From assembly GCA_963767925.1 (NCBI GenBank), contig CAVYGB010000005.1:1-59735 (forward strand): DNA of 59,735 nucleotides. The letters are read 5' to 3'. The stretch's first letter is position 1, and each line of letters opens with the position of its first letter. Positions 48,517 to 58,573 of this stretch are shown here, in pieces. A program made the translations under genes and the position numbers. The stretch comes from an uncultured delta proteobacterium (lineage in GTDB: Bacteria > Myxococcota_A > Polyangia > Fen-1088). The notes under the pieces were generated by a model, which was not told the origin of the DNA, did not search any database, and saw only the letters and a list, made by a program, of their open reading frames with translations.

Positions 48517-49248
48517 TCACTTGCTCACGACATCGAAGCTGACGAATCGCACAACGTATTCGGGTGACTTGAGGCTTCCTTGCTCACTGATGCTCGACTC
48601 CCTGAACGTATCGCGCCGGTCAGCGATGACTTCCGCAGAGAAGCGGACGACCGCTCCTTCCTGCAGCTTCGCCAATGCTTGGTACGCTGGGCTGTCTTGC
48701 TTTAGAAGCGTACCGTCGTTCACGTCGGAGATGGCGTTGTTCCAGCTCTTGAGGTGAACCTCGGTAGGACACGGAAGACGCACCGATACATGCGCAAATC
48801 CATCTCCAGTCGTCCCTAAATCGCTGACTTGTCCTACCCAGCTTTCAATAATTCGAGCGCTATTTCCTTGAAATGCCCCCATCAGCTCGCGACTTCGCTC
48901 TGATCGCAACTGCGACAATATCAATTCGTTAGCGCCGCCGCTCTGGCTGGCCCGATATTCTCCAGCATATTTGGACACGATACCGCAGAAGATCTTTTCT
49001 GCCTCGGTCATCGACGACTGTAATTCGGAGGCGGCCTGGTGGACGGGACTATTCACGACGGCGGCTGGGCGATGGTCACTCCCCGACTGATCTAGGCGGG
49101 CGCAAACGAAAGAAAGGAACACAAATCCTCCGAAACCATAAGCAAGCTTGCGAAGCAAGCTCGTGCCATTCTTTGCACCACATTGGGGACATGCCTTCGC
49201 CTCATTGGAAATCTGATTTCCGCATTCCGTACATTTGATAAGGGACAT
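48517..49248 (-). CDS. Zinc-ribbon, single-TM protein with a C-terminal domain of unknown function
   Basis: MSLIKCTECGNQISNEAKACPQCG followed by a TM helix. Markedly lower GC than the flanks. Confidence 0.75.
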   Translation of the reverse strand: MSLIKCTECGNQISNEAKACPQCGAKNGTSLLRKLAYGFGGFVFLSFVCARLDQSGSDHRPAAVVNSPVHQAASELQSSMTEAEKIFCGIVSKYAGEYRASQSGGANELILSQLRSERSRELMGAFQGNSARIIESWVGQVSDLGTTGDGFAHVSVRLPCPTEVHLKSWNNAISDVNDGTLLKQDSPAYQALAKLQEGAVVRFSAEVIADRRDTFRESSISEQGSLKSPEYVVRFVSFDVVSK

Positions 49249-49276
49249 TGTCGCCTCTCCGCCTCACGACGCCGTT

Positions 49277-50002
49277 CTACTCTCCGCCCGCAAATCCCAA
49301 TGCCAAGGACAGCGCAAAATGCCCAACCGTTGGGTCGTCACCTTCGTCAGACGCGGGAACGCTACCGCCACCGAGTCGCACACCGACTGCGATGGCGAGA
49401 CCCGACGAAAGCGCCCACTCCTTTCCAGCGCCGACATGCACGATCCAGCCAGTCTTAGAAGTGCCGCCTTCACCGGACACTTCATCTTTTACGCCCTGCT
49501 TGATGCTTCCGAGCGTGCTTTCTAAGTAGAAGCTCGAGTCGCTATACGCCCGCAAGCCGCCGAAGAATGAACTCATCGTGAGGCTAAAGTCGTCGGCGTC
49601 GAGAGTCATCCGGTCCTGTTCGAGGGTGACCCCTGCTGACTCGAAATAAGACAAACCACCGAAGAGAGCCAGATGGGGCCTTACCATGCCTCCTGCGGCA
49701 AGCCGCACGGCCACCCCACTGCCGGAGATCGTCCCTGCCTCCCGCGAAGATGCATGCCCCGCCAAACCTAGGTCGCCGAAGAGAAACAATCCTGCGCGGA
49801 CTCTCTCGGGTTGAAACTGTTGGAGCGACACAGGACGAGCCAACGGCGGCGCCGGAGGAGGGTCTTGAGGAACGGGAGCCTGCGGGGCTGAAGGTGTTGG
49901 GTTCATGGGCGGCGGCGGAGAGTCGGGCCTCGGCTGAGCCGCCGCTTCGGCGTTAAGACCCAATCCAATCCACGAGATCCCGATCAAGACCTGGTGTCGC
50001 AT
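49277..50002 (-). CDS. Outer-membrane beta-barrel-like hypothetical protein
   Basis: Signal peptide, Pro-rich linker, amphipathic strands and GAGKEW.LS...GV. Lower GC. Confidence 0.65.
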   Translation of the reverse strand: MRHQVLIGISWIGLGLNAEAAAQPRPDSPPPPMNPTPSAPQAPVPQDPPPAPPLARPVSLQQFQPERVRAGLFLFGDLGLAGHASSREAGTISGSGVAVRLAAGGMVRPHLALFGGLSYFESAGVTLEQDRMTLDADDFSLTMSSFFGGLRAYSDSSFYLESTLGSIKQGVKDEVSGEGGTSKTGWIVHVGAGKEWALSSGLAIAVGVRLGGGSVPASDEGDDPTVGHFALSLALGFAGGE

Positions 50003-50735
50003 TTGTCACTCTCCCGCGCTGTCCATCGACAGTGGGAAGTCGTCAATTTAGCCTCCGAGTCACCTAATCTATTTGGCTGAACATTCACAACCTGGCACAC
50101 ATGCCGACAGATTTTTCCCGAAATGAACTGCACGGCGGTCTATAAGATTGACCAGGCCCTGTCACTACGAACCCTCCGCATCTCGCTCGTGGGATTGATC
50201 TTCAAGCGCTTCGAGAGTGGAACCGTCTGGGTTCTCAGAGCTTCCTCGATTGCTGCTGTGCCCGCTGCCACGTTGGTGAGCTACCGAGCTCCGCATTCAC
50301 CCTGACAGCTTGGTCGATCGCTGACCGTGCTCTCTCCAGACTACCGATGCTGACTCGCGACCCCGACCTCCTGGTGCCAGACCGTTTCCCAGGACGATAC
50401 TCTCGGCCGCAACACGTGGGGAGCGCAGAGGATCTGCCTCCCGTTGGCCACGAAGATGGCGGCGTACCGCTCGGGCGTCAGGTGCAGCCAGGGCTTGTCG
50501 AACACCGTTGTCGGCGGCGACGCGGGCAGGAGGAGCTCACCCTGCGCCGGCGAGACGCGGTGGGGCTCACGATAGAGGTGGAAGGCGGCGTGACGGCTCT
50601 GCTGCGCGATGGCCCGGCAAGCGAGATAGGAGGCCTGATGGGTCCCGTGCGCCTGGCTCGCTGGGGGGCGGCGAAAGCCCTCGATGAAAGCCAGGGTGCC
50701 GCGGGCGGCGTGGGCTGCACGTCCAGCGGAGGGCG

Positions 50736-51173
50736 CTAGCGGCAGGGGCGTCTCTCCGCCTCCTGCAGCGTCCGCTTCATCTCCCCGATCATTTTCATTT
50801 TCGGGGTGTTCCAATCTTCCGGCTCCCGCGGGCCGGTGCCGTCAGCCATCAGCAGCTTCCCCTTGGCGTCGTAATAGACGATGGGCGGATGCGGGCAAGC
50901 CCCGTACGAACCCTGGTAGACGAGCATCGCCACCTTGCCACGCTTGTCGCGCCAGACCTGAATCGCAGTACCCGGCGACCCCTCACTATCGCGGCAGCGG
51001 CCCTTGGCGCAGATATCCTCCACGATACGCGCCAGCGGACGCTCCCGAGCCTGCTTTCGCTCCGGTCTGGTCGGACGGCTGTCAGGCGCGGCGGCGATGC
51101 CCGCGGTCGGCCCGATAAATGCTGCGCCGGCGAACAGCGCCGCCAGAAGGAGGACACCTCGTGAGAGCTTCAT
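50736..51173 (-). CDS. Secreted hypothetical protein
   Basis: Signal peptide MKLSRGVLLLAALFAG... and four Cys. Confidence 0.55.
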   Translation of the reverse strand: MKLSRGVLLLAALFAGAAFIGPTAGIAAAPDSRPTRPERKQARERPLARIVEDICAKGRCRDSEGSPGTAIQVWRDKRGKVAMLVYQGSYGACPHPPIVYYDAKGKLLMADGTGPREPEDWNTPKMKMIGEMKRTLQEAERRPCR

Positions 51174-51213
51174 CGGTGAGAGCATGTCAGAGCCCGGCTG
51201 AGGTAAGAGCGCC

Positions 51214-51552
51214 TCAATCGATGGAGTGGGCTTCGTCCCACTTGCTTCCGAAGTACATTTCCAGGGCTTCCTGCTTGTTCGTACCGTTGTCCAGCTCCGG
51301 CTCGGCTGCCATGTAGTCGGCCAGCTCTCGGATGGCCTGTTCTCGCGTGAGCTGCGGCGGGTTGCTGTGCAACCGGTCGTAGACGTCCTGGTAGAACTCG
51401 TCCAGCCCGCCGCGCACACCGATGTCCGGGCCACCGCTGGCAAGAATCTCCGCCCGGGCTTCCAGGTTCGCGAGGGCCGCTTCGGGCGATTCGCGCCAGG
51501 GTCGGTTCGGCGCGGCTACCGGTTCGACAGTCGGCTGACCGTCGTCGACCAT
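51214..51552 (-). CDS. Hypothetical acidic protein
   Basis: GC3-rich frame MVDDGQPTVEP...YFGSKWDEAHSID. The start is uncertain. Confidence 0.45.
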   Translation of the reverse strand: MVDDGQPTVEPVAAPNRPWRESPEAALANLEARAEILASGGPDIGVRGGLDEFYQDVYDRLHSNPPQLTREQAIRELADYMAAEPELDNGTNKQEALEMYFGSKWDEAHSID

Positions 51553-51611
51553 CGGGCGGAGGGTACCGGGATGCGCGCGTCTTTCTCGTCGGCGGTCAAG
51601 GTGCCCTCCAG

Positions 51612-51683
51612 CTACTCGCAGCGGTTGCCGGCGCGATCGCGGACGCGACGCTGCAGCGGAAGAGGAACGTGCAGGGAGCTCAT
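51612..51683 (-). pseudogene. Truncated N-terminus of an HNH endonuclease
   Basis: ATG 51683 overlaps the upstream TGA and gives MSSLHVPLPLQRRVRDRAGNRCE then TAG. This matches the usual HNH start (..RR.V..RA..RCEYC). Confidence 0.6.
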
Positions 51684-51916
51684 CCCCCCGAGCCGGGGCT
51701 GCTTCCTCGCGTCGCCCGGAGACGCAAGAGTGACAAGAGGTCAGCGAGATCCGCCAGCCCTTCCGCTTCGACGCGCTCATCATCGGTAAGAGGTTCGCCG
51801 AGATCCTGCTTGTCGAGCAACGCATGCAGCCGCCGGTCGACTCCCTCCGGGAGCGACAACCGGGCCAGGTCCTCGGGTACCTCGACCTCGAGGTGAATAG
51901 TAGCTTGGCGGCCCAT
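51680..51916 (-). CDS. Small antitoxin-like partner of the HNH gene
   Basis: 78 aa containing LSLPEGVDRRLHALLDKQDLGEPLTDDERVEAEGL, translationally coupled to the HNH remnant. Confidence 0.65.
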   Translation of the reverse strand: MGRQATIHLEVEVPEDLARLSLPEGVDRRLHALLDKQDLGEPLTDDERVEAEGLADLADLLSLLRLRATRGSSPGSGG

Positions 51917-52141
51917 ACCACTAGCATTCTAGCACCGCACCATGAGGTCCGCGCTCGGCATAGACCAGGACTGCGGTGAGATCGAATTCAGACGCCTGAG
52001 CGTGGAGAATCCCAAAATTGCGGCGGCGGTTCACTCCGGCTCCGCTCCGAAGGACTAGCGCTGCGGGCCCGTCGTGGTCGCACGAGAGCACGGCGTCGAA
52101 GTCTTCACTCCTTCCTGGCGGAACTGCTTGTTTCGTGACGG

Positions 52142-52415
52142 TCAGATTGGGGGGTCGTCGGCGTGGTCGAGGGTCTCTCCCTCCACGCTGACGGTGTGCA
52201 CATCGCGGGCGATCCGCTGGACCAGGTCACGCAGCTCCACTTCGCGGCGCCAGGGGTCGGGCAGGCAGGCGGGGCCGAACATTGCGCCCGGCAGATTGCC
52301 GGTGAGGCTCCCGGTGCTGTCGCTGTCGCCTTTGTGGACGACGGAGCGCCCACGGGGCCCGGGCGCAGGCCTCCGGGGTCCCGTCGGCCACGGTCAGGGC
52401 GCACAGCAGGGCCAT
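52142..52415 (-). pseudogene. C-terminal fragment of an ADP-ribosylglycohydrolase
   Basis: MALLCALTVADGTPEACARAPW, then +1, RSVVHKGDSDSTGSLTGNLPGAMFGPACLPDPWRREVELRDLVQRIARD...TGA 52142. GDSDSTG is the family's metal-binding motif. Confidence 0.65.
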
Positions 52416-52417
52416 CC

Positions 52418-52545
52418 GATGCGCTCGAGCCTGGAGACGAACCCGGTCCTCGCGGTGCGTGCGGATCTTGCCGAGCAGGTACCAGCCGCCGCCGTGGTTC
52501 AGCAGACCGTGAGGTCGACGACGATCTTCAGGCGGCGGTGGCGAG
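52418..52545 (-). pseudogene. Fragment of a WYL domain
   Basis: Across frame changes it reads RHRRLKI..VD, PHGLLNHGGGWYLLGKIRTHREDR and FVSRLERI. Confidence 0.5.
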
Positions 52546-52608
52546 GCTCCGCGCGAACAGTCTTTTCAAGACAAGGGGCTCCCAGATATCGCACGGAGCG
52601 TCCGCGGT

Positions 52609-52635
52609 TATCTATTCATCATCTATTCAGAATCA
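52609..52635. promoter_or_regulatory. Tandem ATCTATTCA repeat in the AT-rich region upstream of yjjJ (putative operator)
   Basis: TATCTATTCATCATCTATTCAGAATC, about 70 bp before the start codon. Confidence 0.35.
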
Positions 52636-52694
52636 TAGGCAAAATCGGATTAAATCCTTAAGATCTATGGACTTTTTAGCTGCGCTTTCTATTC

Positions 52695-54062
52695 TTGATT
52701 GGGTTGTCTGATCTCGCCACGCTCTGTTTTGCTCTTCGCGTCTATCTGTCACGAGGGCCGGCGCGCGCCCGTGATGCGGCGGCGCACCTGGGAATCAGTC
52801 AGCCGACGTTCTCTCGCCTGGTCAGGGCTTGCCGGGAAGATCTCCTGGTGATCGGTAGGGGACGCGCGACCCAGTATCTCGCGCGTCGCGAGGTCTTCGA
52901 TCTGGGGAAGGCTCTTCCGATCTACGAAATTGGAGAAGACGGGTCGTCCCGAAAGCTGGCCGTCCTCAACCCGGTTCTGCCCCATGCGTTCTTCGTCGGG
53001 GCGCTCTCGGACGATGTGGACAGTCGATTTTTCGAGGATCTGCCCTATTTCTTGCACGACCTGCGGCCAGCGGGATTCCTCGGTCGGTTGGTGCCGAGGC
53101 GGCATCCCGAGTTGAAGCTGCCCAGAGACATCCGGCACTGGACCGCAGATCAGACGCTCTCTTTTCTGAGTCGGCATGGATGGAACCTGCCCGGGAATTT
53201 CATCATCGGTGAGGAGGCGTTTGGCAAGCACCTCGAACATGCCAGCAGCCCGCGAGACGAGGTTCTCGAAGCGGAGCGGATGACCCGCTATCCAGACCTC
53301 GCTGACAACGTTCTGGAATGGGGGGACCCGGGATCGTCTGCGGGCGGTGAGCAGCCGAAGTTTCTGGTCACACGAATGCCGGCGGCGAAGGCGGCCATCG
53401 TGAAGTTCTCGCCGCCCGTCCGCGATGAGAGCAGTCAGCGGATTGCGGATCTCCTCGTCGCAGAACATCTTGCGCTCGAGACCATCCGCCGGGCCGGCCA
53501 CGCAGCCGCCAGGACGTCGATCGTCCGGGCGGGCGATCGCGTGTTTCTCGAGGCCGAGCGATTCGACCGCTTCCCGGGCGGGGGACGCCGGGGCTTGATA
53601 TCGATGGAGGCGCTCGACGCCGAGTTCGTTGGCCATGGCGGGACCTGGGCGGACAGCGCGGCCGCGTTGAACGATCAGGGACGCATCGATTCCGCTGACC
53701 TGGCCGAGGTCCAATGGCGAGGTTGCTTCGGCCGCCTCATCGCGAACGCCGACATGCATGGAGGCAACCTCTCGTTCTTCACGAGAGGAGCGCGAATTCT
53801 CGGGGTTGCGCCAGCGTACGACATGGCGCCGGCGCTGTATGCGCCTGGCGGTGGCCTCGTGCGCGAGTCGCCTTTCAATTCTCCGACCCCCGACGCCTCG
53901 GAAGGTCCCTTCTGGACCTCGGCGTGTCAGGCCGCCTGCGAGTTCTGGACGGCCGTAGCCGCGCACGAGGCCATCTCGCCCAGGTTCCGCGCGCTGGCCG
54001 ACAGCAACGGGAAGGTGGTCTCGAGCGTCGAGCCCCTGGGCCGCCTGCTGCCGAGAGTCTGA
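52695..54062 (+). CDS. yjjJ: HipA-family kinase toxin YjjJ (N-terminal HTH)
   Basis: HTH LGISQPTFSRLV, plus LPYFLHDLRPAGFLGR, GSSAGGEQPKF, IANADMHGGNLSF and APAYDM. TTG 52704 is an alternative start. Confidence 0.88.
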   Translation: MIGLSDLATLCFALRVYLSRGPARARDAAAHLGISQPTFSRLVRACREDLLVIGRGRATQYLARREVFDLGKALPIYEIGEDGSSRKLAVLNPVLPHAFFVGALSDDVDSRFFEDLPYFLHDLRPAGFLGRLVPRRHPELKLPRDIRHWTADQTLSFLSRHGWNLPGNFIIGEEAFGKHLEHASSPRDEVLEAERMTRYPDLADNVLEWGDPGSSAGGEQPKFLVTRMPAAKAAIVKFSPPVRDESSQRIADLLVAEHLALETIRRAGHAAARTSIVRAGDRVFLEAERFDRFPGGGRRGLISMEALDAEFVGHGGTWADSAAALNDQGRIDSADLAEVQWRGCFGRLIANADMHGGNLSFFTRGARILGVAPAYDMAPALYAPGGGLVRESPFNSPTPDASEGPFWTSACQAACEFWTAVAAHEAISPRFRALADSNGKVVSSVEPLGRLLPRV

Positions 54063-54314
54063 GTGCCTCGGGCAATGACCGCGGATAGCGGCGCCGACAC
54101 GCGACCCCGCGCCAGTCGAGCACCGGGGAGCGGATCTCGGTCGGGCGGATGCCAGGGGCGCCCGGTGACGCTGTGCGAGACACACGCGCCACGAACCCAT
54201 AGGGGAGGTGCTGATTGGGCATTCCCAATCTCCCCAACGGCGTGCCTTTCCGGCATGATGCCGCCCGGTCGAAACGATCCCAGCGCCCCAAACCCACTTC
54301 GTCGAGAGGTGCCC

Positions 54315-55701
54315 ATGGTCCCCGTGATGAAAGCTCGTGCTTCGTTCAGCGCCGCACTCTTCGCCTCCAGCTTCGCCCTGCTCGCCTGCTCATCGGAGGA
54401 GCCGCCCGGCTCGATGAGCCCCGGTGGCGGGGGGACCGGCGGCAGCGCGCCCGCCACGGGCGGCCGACCGAGCCAACCGGCCGGAACCGGTGGCGCCTCC
54501 GGCAGCGGCGGCAGCGCCGGTACGGGCGGCGCCTCGGGCAGCGGCGGTGGCGCCGCCCCGCAGGTCGATGCCGGCGGCTCGCGAGCCGACGCCGGCGCGC
54601 GCGGACCCGACGGCGGCAGCGCCTCCGACGGCTCGGTGGCCGCCGGCCGCTGGACCTACTCGAAGAACATCGTCCTCGACACCACCGCCGCGGGCGCCAA
54701 CGTCACGCAGGACGTGCAGAAGTACCCGCTGGCGGTGCAGCTCGACGGCACCCGCATCGACTTCGCGCAAGCGCAGCCCAACGGCGCCGACATCCGCTTC
54801 TTCGACGCCGCCGGCAAGCAGCTGCCCCACGCCATCGAGCTGTGGGACCGCCAGGCCGGCAAGGCCGCCATCTGGGTGCTGCTCGACGTGGTCAAGGCCA
54901 GCACCGCCGACCAGTCAATCGTGATGAAGTGGGGCAACCCCACCGCGCCTGACGTCAGCGACTCGAAGGCGGTGTTCAAGCGCGCCGACGGCTTCGTGGG
55001 GGTCTGGCACCTCGACGAGGACGGCAACACCACCGCGGGCGGGTACAAGGACTCGAGCGATCACGAAGCCCACGGCACCGGCGTGGGGATGATCCCCGGC
55101 TCGCGCGTCGACGGCCGCATCGGCAAGGCCAGCCACCTCGACAACCCGACCGGGCAGGACACCGCCCGCTGGGTCCGGGTCGATGGCGAGAAGGCCACCC
55201 AGTTCAACCCCGGCCCGCCCATCACCGTGTCGATCTGGGCGATGGGGTATTCGTATCCCATCTACCAGCTACGAGACGATCATGTGCAAGGGCGACACCT
55301 CCTGGACCATCCAGAAGGTGCGCTACGGCAACCAGCAGGGCTACCAGTCCTGCGTGCGCACCCCCGGCTACCACTCCTGCATCTACAACTTCGCGATGCA
55401 GCCGCTCGTCACCCGCCAGTGGCTGCACTTCATGCTGGTGCTCCAGGAGCCCAGCGCGCGGCTCTACATCAACGGCCGGCTGATGGACGACTCCAACGAT
55501 GGGCCCTGGAACAAGGGCGCCCATCCACTCGGCATCGGCAACCAGACCCAGGCGCTGGGCGGCCGGCGGCAGTGGGACGGCGTCCTCGACGAGGCGCGGG
55601 TGGCGCAAGCGGTCCGCAGCCCGGCCTGGGCCAAGCTGGAGTACGAGAGTCAGAAGGAGAACCCGACCCTGCTGAAGTTCGGCGAGGCGCGCAGCGAGTG
55701 A
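54315..55701 (+). CDS. DUF2341 + LamG (concanavalin A-like) lipoprotein, frameshifted near 55265
   Basis: Lipobox LLAC and a Gly linker. Motifs GADIRFFD..G.QLPHAIELWD..AAIWV, WGNP and GVWHLDE. After the shift, LYING..IG..WDGVLDEARV..RSPAWAKLEYESQ. Confidence 0.85.
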
Positions 55702-55711
55702 CCCGCGCGGG

Positions 55712-55756
55712 ATGGGATCGGCGCCGGCGGGATCACGAGCCGCCGCCGATCCCGCC
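55712..55756. terminator. GC-rich hairpin between convergent genes
   Basis: GGGATCGGCG...CGCCGATCCC stem just after the stop at 55701, with no U-tract. Confidence 0.4.
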
Positions 55757-55907
55757 CCGGTGACCACGCCCTGTACGCGCCGCCGATGCGCCCGCCTCAC
55801 TCGGGCCCTCGGAGCGACTGAAGCTCGGCGCGCCTTCGCCGTGATTTCCGAGTGACGCCGGGGTTGGCGGATTCTTCGTCTCCCCGGCTCGTGCCGGGTG
55901 GTGCCCG

Positions 55908-56468
55908 CTACGTGCCGGCCTTCGCCGCCCAGTCTTCCGCCGCGAGCCGATACATCACATGGCGACGTAGCGGGTGCCCTTCGGCGAGCTCGGGATGGTC
56001 GAAGTCATCGCCCGGACCGTGGGTCATCCCGAGTCGCTCCATCACCGCACGCGACCGTACGTTCGCCGGCACCGTGAACGACACGATCTCCCGCAGCCGC
56101 AGCTCCGCGAAAGCGATGCGACACACCTCGCGCGCGGCCTCGGTCGCGTAGCCATGCCCCCACGACGACCGCGAAAGACGCCAGGCGACCTCCACCGCTG
56201 GCGTGAAGTGAGCCTCGAACCCGACGTGATGGAGCCCAACGAAGCCGAGGAAGGGCTCGCCGCCCGGAACCTCGATTGCCCACGGCCCGAAGCCGTGCTG
56301 CGCGAAGTGAGCCTCGATGTGGTCGACCAGGGCATCGCTCGCGACGCGATCGAGGATCGCGGGGAAGTGCTCCATGACCTCGGGATCGGCGTTCATGTGC
56401 GCGAAAGGCTCGCGGTCGGAGTCCCTCCAGCGCCGGAGGAGAAGCCGTGGGGTTCGGTAGCCGTCCAT
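55908..56468 (-). CDS. GNAT N-acetyltransferase (RimJ/RimL family)
   Basis: Motifs TPRLLLRRW, MNADPEVMEHF, EVAWRL..WGHGYATEAA and N.RSRAVMERLGM. Confidence 0.9.
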   Translation of the reverse strand: MDGYRTPRLLLRRWRDSDREPFAHMNADPEVMEHFPAILDRVASDALVDHIEAHFAQHGFGPWAIEVPGGEPFLGFVGLHHVGFEAHFTPAVEVAWRLSRSSWGHGYATEAAREVCRIAFAELRLREIVSFTVPANVRSRAVMERLGMTHGPGDDFDHPELAEGHPLRRHVMYRLAAEDWAAKAGT

Positions 56469-56563
56469 TCCCCACGCTCTATCACGCGCGGCGGACCAGG
56501 CCCTCTCTCCTGGGGTGACGAGCATCGAGACACGGCCGAGCGGATCGCACTTGCTTGGCAGCG

Positions 56564-57660
56564 TCAGACTTCGGCGGCGGTCAGGGCGGTCTTGACTACT
56601 TCGAGCAGCGCGGCTGCCTGGCGGGCGGAGGTTTCGACGGTGGCGTGGGGGTGGACGCCCATGGTGCGGGCCTCGGGGAAGAGGCGTAGGAGGGCATCGC
56701 CGTAGTCCTTGGCGACCGACTCGCCCAGGGCGCCGGCAAACTTCCGCGGGCGCCACCAGAGGCGGCCGTCGGCGTGCAGTTCCAGGAGGCCCTTGTCGTG
56801 GCGCTTCAGGGTCACCGATCCACGATCGCCGGTGCCAAACGTAGCTGTGAGCGCGCCGCTGGAGCGATCGACGAGCGTCAGGATCGATCGGACGAGCTCC
56901 TTGAACTCGGGGCGGAGCGGGGCGCGCCCTATCTGCGCCTCGAACAGGGTTCGATCCCACTTTCTCCGGCTCGTGCCGTCCCCGGCCGTGGACGGGGGCA
57001 CGTGCTCGACCTTGACCGTGGTCTCACCGTCTTCGTCGGTCGACACGCGAACCACCTGCCTGATCTCCGGCTGCACCCGGCCAACCAGCGTCGGGACGAG
57101 CAGGCGGTCCGGGGGCTCGGCGCTCCGGCCGCGGCTGGCCCGCTCGAAGAGCGCCACGTCGACCAGGGCGAGGTCCCAGGGGAGGGTGAGGTTGTCTCCC
57201 AGCACCCCGCGGCTGAGCCGAGCCACGCGCGGATCGATCCGGTCCCCGGCGATGACGAGGAGGAAGTCGCCCTCGCTCAGGTGCCCTTCCACGTCTGCTG
57301 GAGACGGCTGCCTGGTGGCCGGCACGTCGGGTAACGGCAGGAGCGCCTCGGCGTCGAGGTCCTGCAGGCGCAGCGCGTACTCGAGGATCTGGGCCAGCAC
57401 CGCCCTGCGCTTGTCGGGGTTGTAGGACATCTTGGTCTCGACCAGGGCAATTCGCCCGGACTCCGAGACGAGGAGCAGGTCGACTGACCCGATCCCCGGG
57501 AGGTTGAACTCCCGCCCACGCAGGTACCATTCCTCGTCCTCGTCGATCAGCTCCGCGGCCCGGCAAGGGGACAGGACCAGCTCGAGGTTCGCGGCGATGG
57601 CCCGCTGGAGCCAATCCTCGGTGAGCGCCAGGTCCTTCGCGGGCAGTCTTCTTCTGACCC
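56564..57660 (-). CDS. PD-(D/E)XK nuclease-like (NucS-like) protein, 5' end apparently cut by the transposon
   Basis: Motifs EDWLQ..I, LRGREF, GSVDLLLV..G.IALVETK and NPDKRRAVLAQILEYA. No native start lies before the element end at 57661. Confidence 0.65.
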
Positions 57661-57911
57661 TGTTGCAGAAGAGCACGGATGTTAGCTCGCACGTAGTTTC
57701 GTAGATCACCGCGAGGATCTTCCGGGACTGCGCCGCCGGTGAGCCGGGTGAGATGGGGGACGAGACCGGGACGGTGTTGCGGGGAGGGGGTTGCGGGAAG
57801 GTCGGCACCGAGGCAAAGCTCCTGGCCGGCAGGCATGGGGCCCGCCCTCGTGATCCCCAACATAAGTTGGGCCCGCCACGGCTGGTACCCGTGCGGACCC
57901 TTGGCCGGTCT

Positions 57912-58532
57912 GTGCAGCTGCGACAGGCGTCGGCACAGACCAGCGAGGAATACGTTAGGCAGGAAGGCTGGCGACAGGCAAGGCTCGAGCGGTGCCCGGT
58001 TCACGGCGCGGCAGCGGCGTGCGGGTTCCGCCGGCTGGGGACGTACCAGCGGGTCAGGCCGGCCGGGATGCGGGTGGCGCGGTACTACTGCCCCACGGCC
58101 CAGACGAGCTTCAGCCTGTTGCCGGACTGCCTGGCGGCGAGGCTTCCGAGCAATCTCGACGAGGTGGAGCGGGTGGTCGCGGCGGTGGAGGCGGCGCCGT
58201 CGGTGCAAGCCGCGGCGGATGAGCTGCGCCCCGACATCGAGCTGCCCGGTGCGATACGGTGGGTCCGTCGGCGGCTGGGCCCGGTGCGGGCCGCGCTATT
58301 GGCGCTGGTGACGATGGTGCAAGAGCTGGCAGGCTCGTGCGCCCCAACCATCACCGAGGTGGGGCAGCGGCTGGCCAGGCCGGTGCTCCGGCAGGTGCGG
58401 GCTCAGTTCGAGAAGCAACTCGGGAAGCTGGCCTCGCCCGTCGGATTCGGGCCTCCGCCCTCACCCCGCCGGCGAGGCCGGACACCCTGCGAACACGACC
58501 CGGGGCCAGACCCGCCGACGCGATCCCGGTAG
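57912..58532 (+). CDS. Transposon accessory protein with a Cys/His zinc-ribbon-like motif (DUF6431-like)
   Basis: VQLR...RCPVHG..CGFRRLGTYQR..RVARYYCP...FSLLPDCLA, directly upstream of the transposase. Confidence 0.7.
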   Translation: MQLRQASAQTSEEYVRQEGWRQARLERCPVHGAAAACGFRRLGTYQRVRPAGMRVARYYCPTAQTSFSLLPDCLAARLPSNLDEVERVVAAVEAAPSVQAAADELRPDIELPGAIRWVRRRLGPVRAALLALVTMVQELAGSCAPTITEVGQRLARPVLRQVRAQFEKQLGKLASPVGFGPPPSPRRRGRTPCEHDPGPDPPTRSR

Positions 58533-58573
58533 CGGTGGTGCGTGGCGCCCACGAGGGCGCCAAGGAGGCACCG

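Noticed and set aside
50341..50700. Possible minus-strand gene fragment (..VFDKPWLHLTPERYAAIF..)
   Set aside because: Codon bias looks coding, but there is no credible start or recognisable family, so it is not supported as a feature.
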